DNA of 64,000 nt from an uncultured bacterium. Its GTDB lineage: Bacteria > Chlamydiota > Chlamydiia > Chlamydiales > SM23-39. Where the stretch lies: the NCBI GenBank assembly GCA_964630875.1, contig CAZVXF010000001.1, forward strand, positions 36,688-100,687, written 5' to 3'. The notes beneath the pieces were generated by a model, which did not search any database, had not been told where the DNA came from, and saw only the letters and a program-made list of their open reading frames with translations. Shown here one piece after another: positions 46,303 to 55,601 of the stretch. How positions within the stretch are numbered: the stretch's first letter is position 1; each line of letters opens with the position of its first letter. A program made the position numbers and the translations under genes.

Positions 46303-48252
46303 ATGCATGGATTGAATAAAGATCAGGAAAAAGCTGTTCGGACAATTCATGGTCGTGTCCTGATTCTAGCTGGCGCTGGTAGCGGGAAAACACGTGTCAT
46401 TGTACATCGCATCGCCCATCTGATCAAAGATCATCACGTCGATCCATCGCAAATTGTAGGGCTTACTTTCACAAATAAAGCTGCAGCGGAGATGCGTCAT
46501 CGTTTGGAGTCTCTCATCGGCGCAAATGTTGCAAAAAAAGTTATCCTTGCGACCTTTCATAGCTTTTGCATGCATATTTTGCGTAAAGAAATTGCATTGC
46601 TTGGCTATACACGTGATTTTAGTCTGTACGATGAGCGTGATTTAGAGAGAATGGTCCAACAGATTGCGAAAGAAATGCTGGGAATAGACAAGGATCTCCC
46701 CTCACTTGCCTCAACGCATGCTGCAATTGCTCAAGCATCTAATATGGGTGGAGAAAAAGCCGTCCGTACTTGGCATGATCAATTTTCTAAAGATGTCTAT
46801 CTACGTTTACAAACTACTTTAAGAGCTCATAATGCAGTCAATTTTGATAACTTGATAAACTTATCGATTCAGCTTTTTGAACAGTTTCCTGAGGTCTTAG
46901 ATCGTTACCAAGAACAATTCCGCTATTTTCTCATTGACGAATTTCAAGATACCAATCCAGCTCAACTCCGCTTGGCAGAGCTCCTTGCAAAAAAATATCG
47001 GAATCTTTGCGTTGTAGGCGATGATGATCAATCCATTTATGGATGGCGTGGGGCTCAAATTGCAGGAATTTTAGAGTTTAAAGCAGATTCGGTGATTAAG
47101 CTTGAGCAAAATTACCGATCACTTCCAACGATTTTAAACGCGGCGAATGCGGTCATTCAAAACAATAAAAATCGGCACAATAAAAAACTATGGACTTCGG
47201 AAAACTTTGAGGAGCCAATTGAAGTTTTTAATGCCCCGTCAGATAGCGATGAAGCCAATGCTGTGATTCATCGGTTGATCCATTTTCACAAGCAGGGAAT
47301 TCCCTGGAAAGATATGGCGATTCTCTATCGATCGAACGCCTTATCGCGAAATTTAGAAATGGCATTAATCAATGCTTCTTGGCAACGCAAGGAAGAATGG
47401 GTCAGAGGCATTCCTTACGAGGTCTTCGGAGGTCTTGAATTTTCGGAGCGCAGCGAGATTAAAGATTTGCTCAGTTTTTTGCGTGTGATTGCAAACCCAA
47501 AAGATCAAGAAGCGCTTCTTCGTATTATCAATGTTCCTCGAAGAGGGATTTCGGATCAATTTCTGGATGAACTCACGAAGTTCAATCGCTCATCTAACAC
47601 GCCCCTCTGGGAAGTGTTATGCAACGTAACGCATGAGCAATTTCCGACGCATCGCAGGGGTGTTCAAGGTGTCCATTCTTTTGTGAATCTAATCCGCACA
47701 GCACAAAACCGATTTGCCAACCCTCCCCTCCATGAAGCATTACAGTGGTTTTTGGAAGCGATTCACTATAAAAAAGCCATTGAAGAAGATGTGAAAAGCG
47801 ATAAAATGCGCGATTTTAAATGGGAAAACGTGCAGGAATGCGTCAATGCGCTGAGTGCTTATGAAAAAGACAACGCGCCGATTCTTCAATCGTTCATCGC
47901 AGATACTGCGTTGAAACCCACTCAATTTGCAACAAAAAAAGAGAATGATGACAGAGTCCATTTAATGACTCTTCATAGCGCAAAGGGATTGGAATTTCCG
48001 GTCTGTTTCATTGTGGGTCTCGAAGATCATATTCTCCCTCATGAAAAAAGCCGCGAAATCACAGGAATTGAAGAGGAGAGAAGACTTTTTTATGTAGGGA
48101 TCACACGAAGCCGGAAAAAACTCATTTTGAGTATGGCGCGCGCCCGAATGCGGATGGGAAAAGCAGTTCCGACGAATCCCTCGCGTTTCCTTTTTGAAAT
48201 CCCCAAAACACTCCTGAAGGTAACAGCTCATGACTGTCATTTTGCGTCATAG
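46303..48252 (+). CDS. uvrD: UvrD/PcrA/Rep-family ATP-dependent DNA helicase
   Basis: 'LAGAGSGKTRV', 'LIDEFQDTN', 'VGDDDQSIYGWRGA', 'NYRS', 'LMTLHSAKGLEF' and 'RLFYVGITRS'. Confidence 0.9.
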   Translation: MHGLNKDQEKAVRTIHGRVLILAGAGSGKTRVIVHRIAHLIKDHHVDPSQIVGLTFTNKAAAEMRHRLESLIGANVAKKVILATFHSFCMHILRKEIALLGYTRDFSLYDERDLERMVQQIAKEMLGIDKDLPSLASTHAAIAQASNMGGEKAVRTWHDQFSKDVYLRLQTTLRAHNAVNFDNLINLSIQLFEQFPEVLDRYQEQFRYFLIDEFQDTNPAQLRLAELLAKKYRNLCVVGDDDQSIYGWRGAQIAGILEFKADSVIKLEQNYRSLPTILNAANAVIQNNKNRHNKKLWTSENFEEPIEVFNAPSDSDEANAVIHRLIHFHKQGIPWKDMAILYRSNALSRNLEMALINASWQRKEEWVRGIPYEVFGGLEFSERSEIKDLLSFLRVIANPKDQEALLRIINVPRRGISDQFLDELTKFNRSSNTPLWEVLCNVTHEQFPTHRRGVQGVHSFVNLIRTAQNRFANPPLHEALQWFLEAIHYKKAIEEDVKSDKMRDFKWENVQECVNALSAYEKDNAPILQSFIADTALKPTQFATKKENDDRVHLMTLHSAKGLEFPVCFIVGLEDHILPHEKSREITGIEEERRLFYVGITRSRKKLILSMARARMRMGKAVPTNPSRFLFEIPKTLLKVTAHDCHFAS

Positions 48253-48688
48253 ACGAGAAAATTTGAAAAAATGCTCTCTAAGGGGTTTAGAAATGCGTTG
48301 CGACTTTCGTTTCTTTACTTACCCACAAGATGCTCTTCCAGAAATGCCCTCCTTTATTCTTCTGAAAATGGGAGCTCCACCACTCACAAAAGCAGATTCA
48401 GATAAACACCTATTCCTCATAGATGGAACATGGCATCTGGCTTCGATGATGGAGAAAAATTTGCCCAAAGGATTGATAGAACGAAGTCTTCCCAGCCATT
48501 TTCGTACCGCTTATCCGCGGCGTCAAACAAAATGTCCTGATCCAGAAACGGGCCTTGCTTCGATTGAAGCTCTTTATATTGCGTTCTTTATTTTGGGCAG
48601 GCCACTGGACGGGTTGTTAGATCACTATTATTGGAAAGATGCTTTTTTGAAGCTGAACCCAGAGCTGTTATCAAAGTCCCCTGATTGA
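48230..48688 (+). CDS. DTW-domain (TDD superfamily, acp-transferase-like) protein
   Basis: 'LFLIDGTWHLASMM', '...FRTAYPRRQT' and 'GLASIEALYIAFFILG'. It overlaps the helicase stop by 23 nt. Confidence 0.55.
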   Translation: MTVILRHRRENLKKCSLRGLEMRCDFRFFTYPQDALPEMPSFILLKMGAPPLTKADSDKHLFLIDGTWHLASMMEKNLPKGLIERSLPSHFRTAYPRRQTKCPDPETGLASIEALYIAFFILGRPLDGLLDHYYWKDAFLKLNPELLSKSPD

Positions 48689-49244
48689 TCTGTGTTTGAT
48701 AGCATTTATAACATACAGGAAAATATTTCTCTTCGCTTCCCAAATCAACAGATGGCCCAACATTCGTGGCGACCCCATTCACGTGTTTTAAATTCAGGAT
48801 CGACTTTCGATCGCAATAATGGCACGTTGCCTTCACCTCTTCGATGGAATCTGCCAATTCCATTAATCTGAGAGAGCCTTCAAAAAGATGTGATTTAAAA
48901 TCGGTTCTCAAGCCATAGCAAAGAACGGGAATATCATAATCTAATGTAATTCGACGCAGTTCATCAATCACAGTCGCTGATAAAAATTGCGCTTCATCGA
49001 CAAGAACGCAATCAACATCCTTATAATTTACGCTTCGAATCGAGCCGACATCGACAACAAGCAGATCGGCTTGCATTTCAAGACCCGCTCGCGACTTAAT
49101 ACACTCTTTTCCAAAGCGAGTATCTAAATCAGGCTTCATTAAAAGCACTTTCTTACCCTGATATCGATAATTATGTGCTACTGCCAGTAAATTGAGAGTT
49201 TTTGCGCTTCCCACTGTTCCATGACGAAAATACAATTTAGCCAT
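48588..49244 (-). CDS. tdk: Thymidine kinase
   Basis: 'MAKLYFRHGTVGSAKTLNLL', 'VLVDEAQFL', and zinc-ribbon cysteines 'CHYCDRK...CYKC'. The ATG at 49244 is preferred, and the 3' end overlaps the convergent gene by 101 nt. Confidence 0.88.
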   Translation of the reverse strand: MAKLYFRHGTVGSAKTLNLLAVAHNYRYQGKKVLLMKPDLDTRFGKECIKSRAGLEMQADLLVVDVGSIRSVNYKDVDCVLVDEAQFLSATVIDELRRITLDYDIPVLCYGLRTDFKSHLFEGSLRLMELADSIEEVKATCHYCDRKSILNLKHVNGVATNVGPSVDLGSEEKYFPVCYKCYQTQINQGTLITALGSASKKHLSNNSDLTTRPVACPK

Positions 49245-49366
49245 ATTGACCCTAATCTGTATCGCAGAAAAATTCCGCAATCTTTGTGTTTGCAATATAG
49301 TGGACTTTCAATTTTCGATCAAACAAATCACACAGAAAAATACAATCACTCATTGACTTCTTGCTA

Positions 49367-49765
49367 CTACTTTCTTTTGACCATGAACAAAAGCCAAGTC
49401 ATCAACACAAAGCCAATCAAACTAATGAATGAGAAAATTCCGTGAAATCCTTCGGTAGAACAAGGGACTCCCATTCGACAAATGTGTGCTTTTTGTATGA
49501 AAGAAACATAGGGTTGTAATATATGCACGATGGAAAAAAAGCTCCCGAGTATTGCCAAAGGAATTGCATAGACAACAATCATGGTCTCGCCTCGATATAC
49601 AGCGATTCCTAAAAGAATCACCAAAGGAAAAAGGAAAGTTCTTTGATACCAACAAAGTGGGCATGGAGAGTTACCAAATATTTCTCCATAAATTAAACTG
49701 ACACATAAACCGATCAGAGCAATCACCCAAGCAAAGTAAAGTCCATTTTTTCGAAGTCGTCTCAT
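49367..49765 (-). CDS. dsbB: Disulfide bond formation protein DsbB/BdbC
   Basis: Four TM segments. 'CPLCWYQR' is the first redox pair and 'CRMGVPC' the second. Confidence 0.85.
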   Translation of the reverse strand: MRRLRKNGLYFAWVIALIGLCVSLIYGEIFGNSPCPLCWYQRTFLFPLVILLGIAVYRGETMIVVYAIPLAILGSFFSIVHILQPYVSFIQKAHICRMGVPCSTEGFHGIFSFISLIGFVLMTWLLFMVKRK

Positions 49766-50388
49766 TGCATTTTTTCCAGTTGCTGAATTCGTCTTTGTAA
49801 AGATTCAAAAGAATCGGTCGAAGTTTCGTATCCATTCACAAAAAGCATGGGGGTCCCAAAATCAGGAATCTGACTTGTAGCCCACGCCAAGTTTCTCTCA
49901 ATTTCACCATAAAATATTTTTTTATCAATTGCGTAAGCGAGTCGTTCAAGGTCGATGCCTCCCACATTCTCTGCGACCCTCAAAATGCCAGACTTTCCGA
50001 TCCCTTGCATTTCCGATAAAGCGATGATAAATGCAAGGAACTGACTCGGCGCGATTCGATGAACTGCAATGGCTGCATTGGCTAATTGATTGGACCCTGG
50101 CTCAAAGGCAACAGGAACAACGGTGAGCCTAGCTTTGTCTGTGTCTATATAATCTTTGGCAATTCGAGGAAGAACGTTTCTTGTGAAATGGTGACAATTG
50201 ACACAAGCAAAGTCTTCAAATAAGACAACCTGAAATTGACCTTTTCCGATTGTCGGATGTCCTATCGTACTAAATGTAAGTTGGTTAGGGAGTTGGAAGG
50301 TTTTATACACGCCAGCGCCAATCAAAACAAGTAGTGCGACGATAACTGTTATTATTACTCTTTTTTGTCTCTTTTCCATCACCCCCAT
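49762..50388 (-). CDS. DsbA-like thioredoxin-fold thiol:disulfide oxidoreductase
   Basis: An N-terminal TM anchor with CxxC at 'FACVNCHHF'. It overlaps dsbB by 4 nt. The start is uncertain (ATG at 50388 or 50379; the ORF-track start at 50466 is TTG). Confidence 0.75.
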   Translation of the reverse strand: MGVMEKRQKRVIITVIVALLVLIGAGVYKTFQLPNQLTFSTIGHPTIGKGQFQVVLFEDFACVNCHHFTRNVLPRIAKDYIDTDKARLTVVPVAFEPGSNQLANAAIAVHRIAPSQFLAFIIALSEMQGIGKSGILRVAENVGGIDLERLAYAIDKKIFYGEIERNLAWATSQIPDFGTPMLFVNGYETSTDSFESLQRRIQQLEKMQ

Positions 50389-50479
50389 ATATTCAAGAAA
50401 AGATTTTTCATCAATAAAATTATTATACAAGCAAAAATCTCCGGGTAAGACTATTATATTTGGCAAAAAGGAGGAGTTT

Positions 50480-51574
50480 ATGAACTCGCTAGATACGGAC
50501 TATTTATTTGGGACTGTAGGAACTGTCGCAGGGACATCAATTGCCTTAACAATCGATTGTCGTTTAAGAGAAGGTCAATCGATTTTAGAAAATCTCACGA
50601 TAGCAAAGGTACAGCGGGCAGCTCTCTACGCGATCGCATCGATTGCCCCTATCATCACAGCCTTTGCTTCTAAAGAAAAAGGAGCTGTTCTTCTTTCTCT
50701 GGTCGGCTCTGCATTGTGTGTTTTTGGTGCTTCCCGGATTCGCGATTATGATGACGCAAAAGAACTCCAAATCATGAAAACCTTGGCAGAAGGAATGACT
50801 TTTCGTGAGCTCAAACAAACACACGGCTTAGATCGCCTCGTAAAATATCAAATGGTTCAAGATTTGCCAGCAAAGTTTTCTCTAGCCTATTCAAACGTCC
50901 CTTTTAGTTCGATTCTGAAAGAGCATTCCTTAGCGCAAATCGCACAATATCAATTAGCACCCTTGACGATGACAGGTTTTCTACATGATAAATTCATCCA
51001 CGAACTCTCTGCTAGAAAATGGGATTTCTTGAATGAAAGAAATTTTAGCAATCCATTGTATACAAATATTTTATCAACTGAGATGTATATTCAATTATCG
51101 CAAATTACAACAGAGCTCGGACACATTGATAAAGCGTATCAAAGAACGCTTGATGAGCTCAATATTGCCTATTCCGGAAGAACAGATGTTCTTTTAGCAA
51201 AATTTGCAGAAAGAGAGCGCAATATCCCAGTTCTTGCGCGCAAATTCGGAGATCTAGTCGCTTCACAAGCTACAGGCAACGCATTTGGGAACGCTGCGTT
51301 CAATGCTGTTTGGGATGAGAGTACAAAAAACATCTTCCGCGATGTAGCAAATGGGTATAACGTCGCTGAAGCTGCAGGAAAATATGCTGAGAGGGCAGAG
51401 TTTGAAAGACTTCACGCCGAACTGAAACAAGATCGAGAAAATCCAATTCTCATTGCTCGAGGAGCGCAAGAGCAAAGATCTTATGACCTTGGCTTGAGAG
51501 AAGCGCAACAAGTGCGCGAAGCAAGTATTGCACAAATGGAAAATACACTCGCTGAAATTATCGCAAGGAATTGA
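50480..51574 (+). CDS. Inc-like protein (putative inclusion membrane protein)
   Basis: No signal peptide. A bilobed hydrophobic domain sits near the N-terminus ('AALYAIASIAPIITAFA-SKEKG-AVLLSLVGSALCVFGA'), followed by a ~270-aa helical/coiled-coil region. Confidence 0.45.
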   Translation: MNSLDTDYLFGTVGTVAGTSIALTIDCRLREGQSILENLTIAKVQRAALYAIASIAPIITAFASKEKGAVLLSLVGSALCVFGASRIRDYDDAKELQIMKTLAEGMTFRELKQTHGLDRLVKYQMVQDLPAKFSLAYSNVPFSSILKEHSLAQIAQYQLAPLTMTGFLHDKFIHELSARKWDFLNERNFSNPLYTNILSTEMYIQLSQITTELGHIDKAYQRTLDELNIAYSGRTDVLLAKFAERERNIPVLARKFGDLVASQATGNAFGNAAFNAVWDESTKNIFRDVANGYNVAEAAGKYAERAEFERLHAELKQDRENPILIARGAQEQRSYDLGLREAQQVREASIAQMENTLAEIIARN

Positions 51575-51578
51575 CTTT

Positions 51579-51607
51579 TACCCCTAAATTGGCTACTTTT
51601 AGGGGTA
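51579..51607 (+). terminator. Hairpin terminator after the Inc-like gene
   Basis: tacccctaaa-ttggctact-tttaggggta forms a 10-bp perfect stem and starts 5 nt after the stop. Confidence 0.5.
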
Positions 51608-51707
51608 TGAACTTATCTGTTTTTAGTAGATGCCGAAAGAATGTGAATCTCAGGCAAATAAATCCAAAACTAGGATAGGTTCTTAATACATAACAGGAAA
51701 TATCTCT

Positions 51708-52952
51708 CTGACATCTTCTATTCAACCTAAAATTTATTCACTCGACGAACACCAAATTAGTGTCGATCAGATTGATCCTCAAGCACATTATGTCATCCAA
51801 AAGCTCAGAGAAGCGGGATATAAAGCGTATCTTGTTGGGGGTGGCGTCCGAGATCTTCTCTTAAAGCAAAAACCCAAAGATTTCGACATTTCAACTTCCG
51901 CACGACCTGAAGAGGTCCGCTCGATTTTCAGGAATGCGATTTTAATCGGCAGGCGTTTTCGCTTAGCCCACGTACGTTTTGGGAAAAAGATTATCGAGGT
52001 ATCCACTTTTCGCGCTGGAGAAACAGAAGAGGCGGGATTAATTGTTCGCGATAACGTCTGGGGAAGCGAAGAGGAAGATGTCTTACGCCGCGACTTTACA
52101 ATCAACGGTCTTTTTTACGATCCAGAAACGCAGGAGATCATCGATTATGTGGATGGTTATGTTGATCTCGAAAAAAGAATTTTAAGAACCATTGGCAAAC
52201 CAGAAGTTCGCTTTAGCCAAGACCCAGTACGGATGATCCGCCTCATTAAATTTTGCGCGAGATTTAATTTTGAAATTGAGAAACCTACCTTCGAAGCGCT
52301 TCTTGCATGTAAAGGGGAAATTTTAAAGAGTTCTTCTGCTCGCGTTTTTGAAGAACTGCTCAGAATGCTTGAATCTGGATCCGCAAAAACATTTTTCCAT
52401 CTTTTGCATCAATATGGGATCCTTCATTCTTTGCTGCCGGAGCTTGCTCATTATCTTGAGATTAAGCCAGAAACAAGTCTTTTCTCATTGCTCGAAGAAA
52501 TTGATTCAGAGGTTAAAAAACAGACCTCAGCGATTGATCGATCGCTTCTTGTATCCGCTCTTTTGTTCCCTTTATTTGATGAATATTTAAAAGCAAGAAC
52601 GGCAAATCAAGATAAGCTTCCGCATTTAGGACAAATTGCAGAGTCAGCCAATCATGTGATTGATTGTATCTTCAACCCATTTTTTACAATTCCGCGCAAA
52701 CTGAGAAGCATTGTTGCGTTCTTAATGACGACCCAATATCGCTTTGTCCCTTTGGATGGGAAAGGCGTTAAAAAGCCGAGAGCTCCAAGCGATCCTTTTT
52801 TCCCAACTGCGCTTCATCTGTTAAAGCTTCGTGCGAACGTTCATACAGAGCTTCTTCCGCACTATACATTATGGACAGAAACCGCATTTACTGAAGCTGT
52901 TTCAACAGAAATTGAATCGTCTCGCCCACGTCGCAGGAGAAGGAGAAGATGA
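51708..52952 (+). CDS. pcnB: Poly(A) polymerase I / tRNA nucleotidyltransferase family (PcnB-like), non-canonical start
   Basis: The frame is open from 51687. 'AYLVGGGVRDLLL..KPKDFDISTSA' and 'RRDFTINGLFYD' lie upstream of the track ORF's GTG at 52149. No ATG, GTG or TTG occurs in frame between 51687 and 52148. The C-terminus is 'RPRRRRRRR'. CTG at 51708 (AGGA 9 nt upstream) and ATT at 51720 or 51732 are candidate starts. Confidence 0.8.
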   Translation: MTSSIQPKIYSLDEHQISVDQIDPQAHYVIQKLREAGYKAYLVGGGVRDLLLKQKPKDFDISTSARPEEVRSIFRNAILIGRRFRLAHVRFGKKIIEVSTFRAGETEEAGLIVRDNVWGSEEEDVLRRDFTINGLFYDPETQEIIDYVDGYVDLEKRILRTIGKPEVRFSQDPVRMIRLIKFCARFNFEIEKPTFEALLACKGEILKSSSARVFEELLRMLESGSAKTFFHLLHQYGILHSLLPELAHYLEIKPETSLFSLLEEIDSEVKKQTSAIDRSLLVSALLFPLFDEYLKARTANQDKLPHLGQIAESANHVIDCIFNPFFTIPRKLRSIVAFLMTTQYRFVPLDGKGVKKPRAPSDPFFPTALHLLKLRANVHTELLPHYTLWTETAFTEAVSTEIESSRPRRRRRRR

Positions 52953-53707
52953 TGAAGCCCAATTGTTGCGCCATCAATGTCGCGCCTGATATCACTTTGT
53001 ATCATTCAGGACCGCCCTTAGATTACGGACCACTCCCCTCTTTTTTCTATTTTGCCCTTTCTGGAACTGATTCGTTAATGTTAGAGCCCTATAATCAACC
53101 GGTCGAATTTTTGCATGGGCAGATGATCCGCGTATTTTCAATGACCCTGCCAGGCCATGAAAGCAATCTTCCAGCATCAAAAGCAATTGAGGTTTGGGCT
53201 GATGATTTGAGCCAAAAAAAAGATCCAATCAACGACTTTTTAGACGCTTTTGAAAAAGCTTTGGATTTTGCAATTCAACAGAAATTTGTGGATCCTAAGA
53301 AAATCGCAGTCGGTGGACTTTCTCGAGGTGGTTTTATTGCACTACACGCAGCCGCTCGCGAAGAAAGACTCAAATATGTTGTAGCTTTTGCACCGATCAC
53401 TGATTTGACTCAAGTGCATGAATTTTCTTCCATTCAAGAAAAGGTGAGATTTCTCGATCTTTCTCAGATCAGCCAAAAGCTCATTCAACAAAATATTCGG
53501 CTCTATATTAGCAATCATGACACGCGCGTTTCTACACAGTCGTGCTTTGATTTTGCGATGTCTGTTGTAAAAAGTGCAACTTCTCATCAGATCCGATCTC
53601 CGAAAGTTGAATTCATTCTTTATCCACCCATTGGCCATCAAGGTCATGGTACGCCCCCTGAAATTTTCAAAGCGGGCGCAGATTGGATTATATCGTGTCT
53701 GAAATAG
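52949..53707 (+). CDS. Alpha/beta hydrolase (DLH/S9-like esterase)
   Basis: Nucleophile elbow 'GGLSRGGFIA' and C-terminal His 'IGHQGH'. It overlaps pcnB by 4 nt. Confidence 0.65.
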   Translation: MMKPNCCAINVAPDITLYHSGPPLDYGPLPSFFYFALSGTDSLMLEPYNQPVEFLHGQMIRVFSMTLPGHESNLPASKAIEVWADDLSQKKDPINDFLDAFEKALDFAIQQKFVDPKKIAVGGLSRGGFIALHAAAREERLKYVVAFAPITDLTQVHEFSSIQEKVRFLDLSQISQKLIQQNIRLYISNHDTRVSTQSCFDFAMSVVKSATSHQIRSPKVEFILYPPIGHQGHGTPPEIFKAGADWIISCLK

Positions 53708-54819
53708 ATGTATTTGTCATTGCAGGGGAACCAAGCGGTGATCTGCACGGAGCAAAGCTCATTTCATCTCTCCTCTTGCGCATCCCTTCACTTCAAGTAG
53801 CCGCAGTTTCTGGCCCTCACATGCGTAAGCTGCCGATCCAATCTCTATTTTCGATGGAAAATTTATCTGTGATGGGTTTTATCGACGTATTTTTTGCAAT
53901 TCCAAAAATCATGCGCCAGTTTTTTGTGATTCGAAAAAAAATTCTCCAAATGAATCCAAAGGTAGTCATCTTCATCGATTATCCAGGTTTTAATTTGCGC
54001 ATCCAAAAATCTCTCCGAAAAAAAGGATATCAAGGAAAGCTCATTCACTATATTTGCCCATCTGTTTGGGCGTGGGGGAAAAAGCGCATTCCTATGATGG
54101 CTGAAACTCTCGATCTTCTCTTCACCTTTTTCCCCTTCGAAAAAGAGTGCTTTGCGAAGACCTCTTTGAAGGTAGAGCATATTGGACATCCACTCGTTCA
54201 ATTCATTCATCCCCCAATTGAAAAGAGAACACAAACAATTGCCATTTTTCCCGGCAGTAGGACTAAGGAAATTGAGCGAAATCTGCCGATTCAAATTGCA
54301 GTTGCTAGAAGTCTTCAAAAAGAAGATCCAAATCTTGACATTGTCATTTCAGTATCACACCCAGATAAACTCCCATTGATTCGATCGATTGCAATGGATA
54401 TCCCGCTTGTTTTAGATTCTTACTCATTAATGAAAACAGCAAAACTTGCTCTTGCAACATCTGGAACTGTGACGCTTGAACTAGCTCTTCATGAAACGCC
54501 TACAATCGTGAATTTTATGATTCGCCCCTTGGACCTATTTTTAGCCCAAAAAGTGTTCAAAATTAATCTACCCTTTTATTGCATTGTCAATATCATCGCG
54601 GGTTATGAAATTTTTCCAGAATTTTTCGGTCCTAACTGTACTCAAGGAAACATCTTTCAAGCAGCAAAAGATCTCATGATTCGAAATCCAGATTTCAAAA
54701 AAGTACGCTCTCTTTTAACAAATAAAAATGCAAGCGAAGAAGCAGTAAGCCTTATTGTTCCGTTTTTAAGCGGCGAAAAATCAGGTTCAGAGCCGAAAGA
54801 ACAAGAAAAATTCCAGTGA
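53683..54819 (+). CDS. lpxB: Lipid-A-disaccharide synthase
   Basis: 'VFVIAGEPSGDLHGAKLI', 'IDYPGFNLR' and 'SGTVTLELAL'. The start is either TTG 53683 or GTG 53695. Confidence 0.88.
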   Translation: MDYIVSEIDVFVIAGEPSGDLHGAKLISSLLLRIPSLQVAAVSGPHMRKLPIQSLFSMENLSVMGFIDVFFAIPKIMRQFFVIRKKILQMNPKVVIFIDYPGFNLRIQKSLRKKGYQGKLIHYICPSVWAWGKKRIPMMAETLDLLFTFFPFEKECFAKTSLKVEHIGHPLVQFIHPPIEKRTQTIAIFPGSRTKEIERNLPIQIAVARSLQKEDPNLDIVISVSHPDKLPLIRSIAMDIPLVLDSYSLMKTAKLALATSGTVTLELALHETPTIVNFMIRPLDLFLAQKVFKINLPFYCIVNIIAGYEIFPEFFGPNCTQGNIFQAAKDLMIRNPDFKKVRSLLTNKNASEEAVSLIVPFLSGEKSGSEPKEQEKFQ

Positions 54820-55099
54820 TTTGGATTCTCCCGATGATTTTCCCATTCCTATATCCGTCTTGATATCCGTTGGCATAATTGACCCGTCTCGCCTCTTCAC
54901 AGCCTTGTAGATATCCTTTGAAATAAGAAGTCTGGAAAAATTTCGATATCCATGAACTCTCCACTTCCAGCGACGGAAAAATATTTCGTTTTGCAGTTGC
55001 TTCTTGATGTCTAGTTAATCGCGTGGTAATGTCTACAACGACGGTTCGAGTCACCTCAGTTGTACGAATCTGAATTTTTTTTATAATGGGCGTAATCAC
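54752..55099 (-). CDS. Hypothetical tail-anchored membrane protein
   Basis: The GTG start is preceded by gAAGGAAAGGAtc. The C-terminal TM is 'ITGIFLVLSALNLIF'. It overlaps the lpxB 3' end by 68 nt. Confidence 0.4.
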   Translation of the reverse strand: MITPIIKKIQIRTTEVTRTVVVDITTRLTRHQEATAKRNIFPSLEVESSWISKFFQTSYFKGYLQGCEEARRVNYANGYQDGYRNGKIIGRIQITGIFLVLSALNLIFRRLKTEQ

Positions 55100-55275
55100 G
55101 ATCCTTTCCTTCGATTAAGTATAGTTTAATACCAAACGCGATAGGTATATGATACGGGATACCCTTTTTTTTGTTGATTCTGAAAGATTTTTTGAAAAGA
55201 AGGGTCTGGTTTATATCGGGAGTGATTCAAAAATCAAAACCAATTTTTGAATCACAAGCGAAATACAATCTTTGG

Positions 55276-55566
55276 CTATTTAGCCCCTTTTGGTTCTTTC
55301 ACTTGCATCTTATGAATGCAGTTGTCTTTGTAATGATGCATATCCCATTCTTTGCAATAGCAGAACTTCCCATTAGGATCATTGTCAACGTAAGTTGGGT
55401 GATCATCCGCATGTTTTGGGCGAAAGCTACAACTCTGTGAACACCAGCATTTACAGCGAGAGTCTTCACTGCATGCCTGTCTTGTACCACAGCGATTGTG
55501 GCCTTTTGAGCAACTCGCAAGTATGGATACAAAAAATAACAAAGCGATCATTCCCCAAGTTTTCAT
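55276..55566 (-). CDS. Cys-rich small lipoprotein
   Basis: aAAGGAGtttgttATG start and lipobox 'VSILASC|SK'. The ~77-aa mature peptide has 12 Cys ('CKCWCSQSC', 'FCYCKEW'). Confidence 0.65.
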   Translation of the reverse strand: MKTWGMIALLFFVSILASCSKGHNRCGTRQACSEDSRCKCWCSQSCSFRPKHADDHPTYVDNDPNGKFCYCKEWDMHHYKDNCIHKMQVKEPKGAK

Positions 55567-55601
55567 AACAAACTCCTTTTAAAGACGCTAAGAATTTCTT
55601 A

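Noticed and set aside
48588-48688. 101-nt convergent overlap of the tdk and DTW-domain gene 3' ends
   Set aside because: It probably reflects a non-conserved C-terminal extension of tdk past its zinc ribbon, or simple read-through to the next stop. There is no evidence of functional significance.
51788-52105. 105-aa minus-strand ORF
   Set aside because: It lies antisense to the conserved catalytic N-terminal region of pcnB, which explains this interval.
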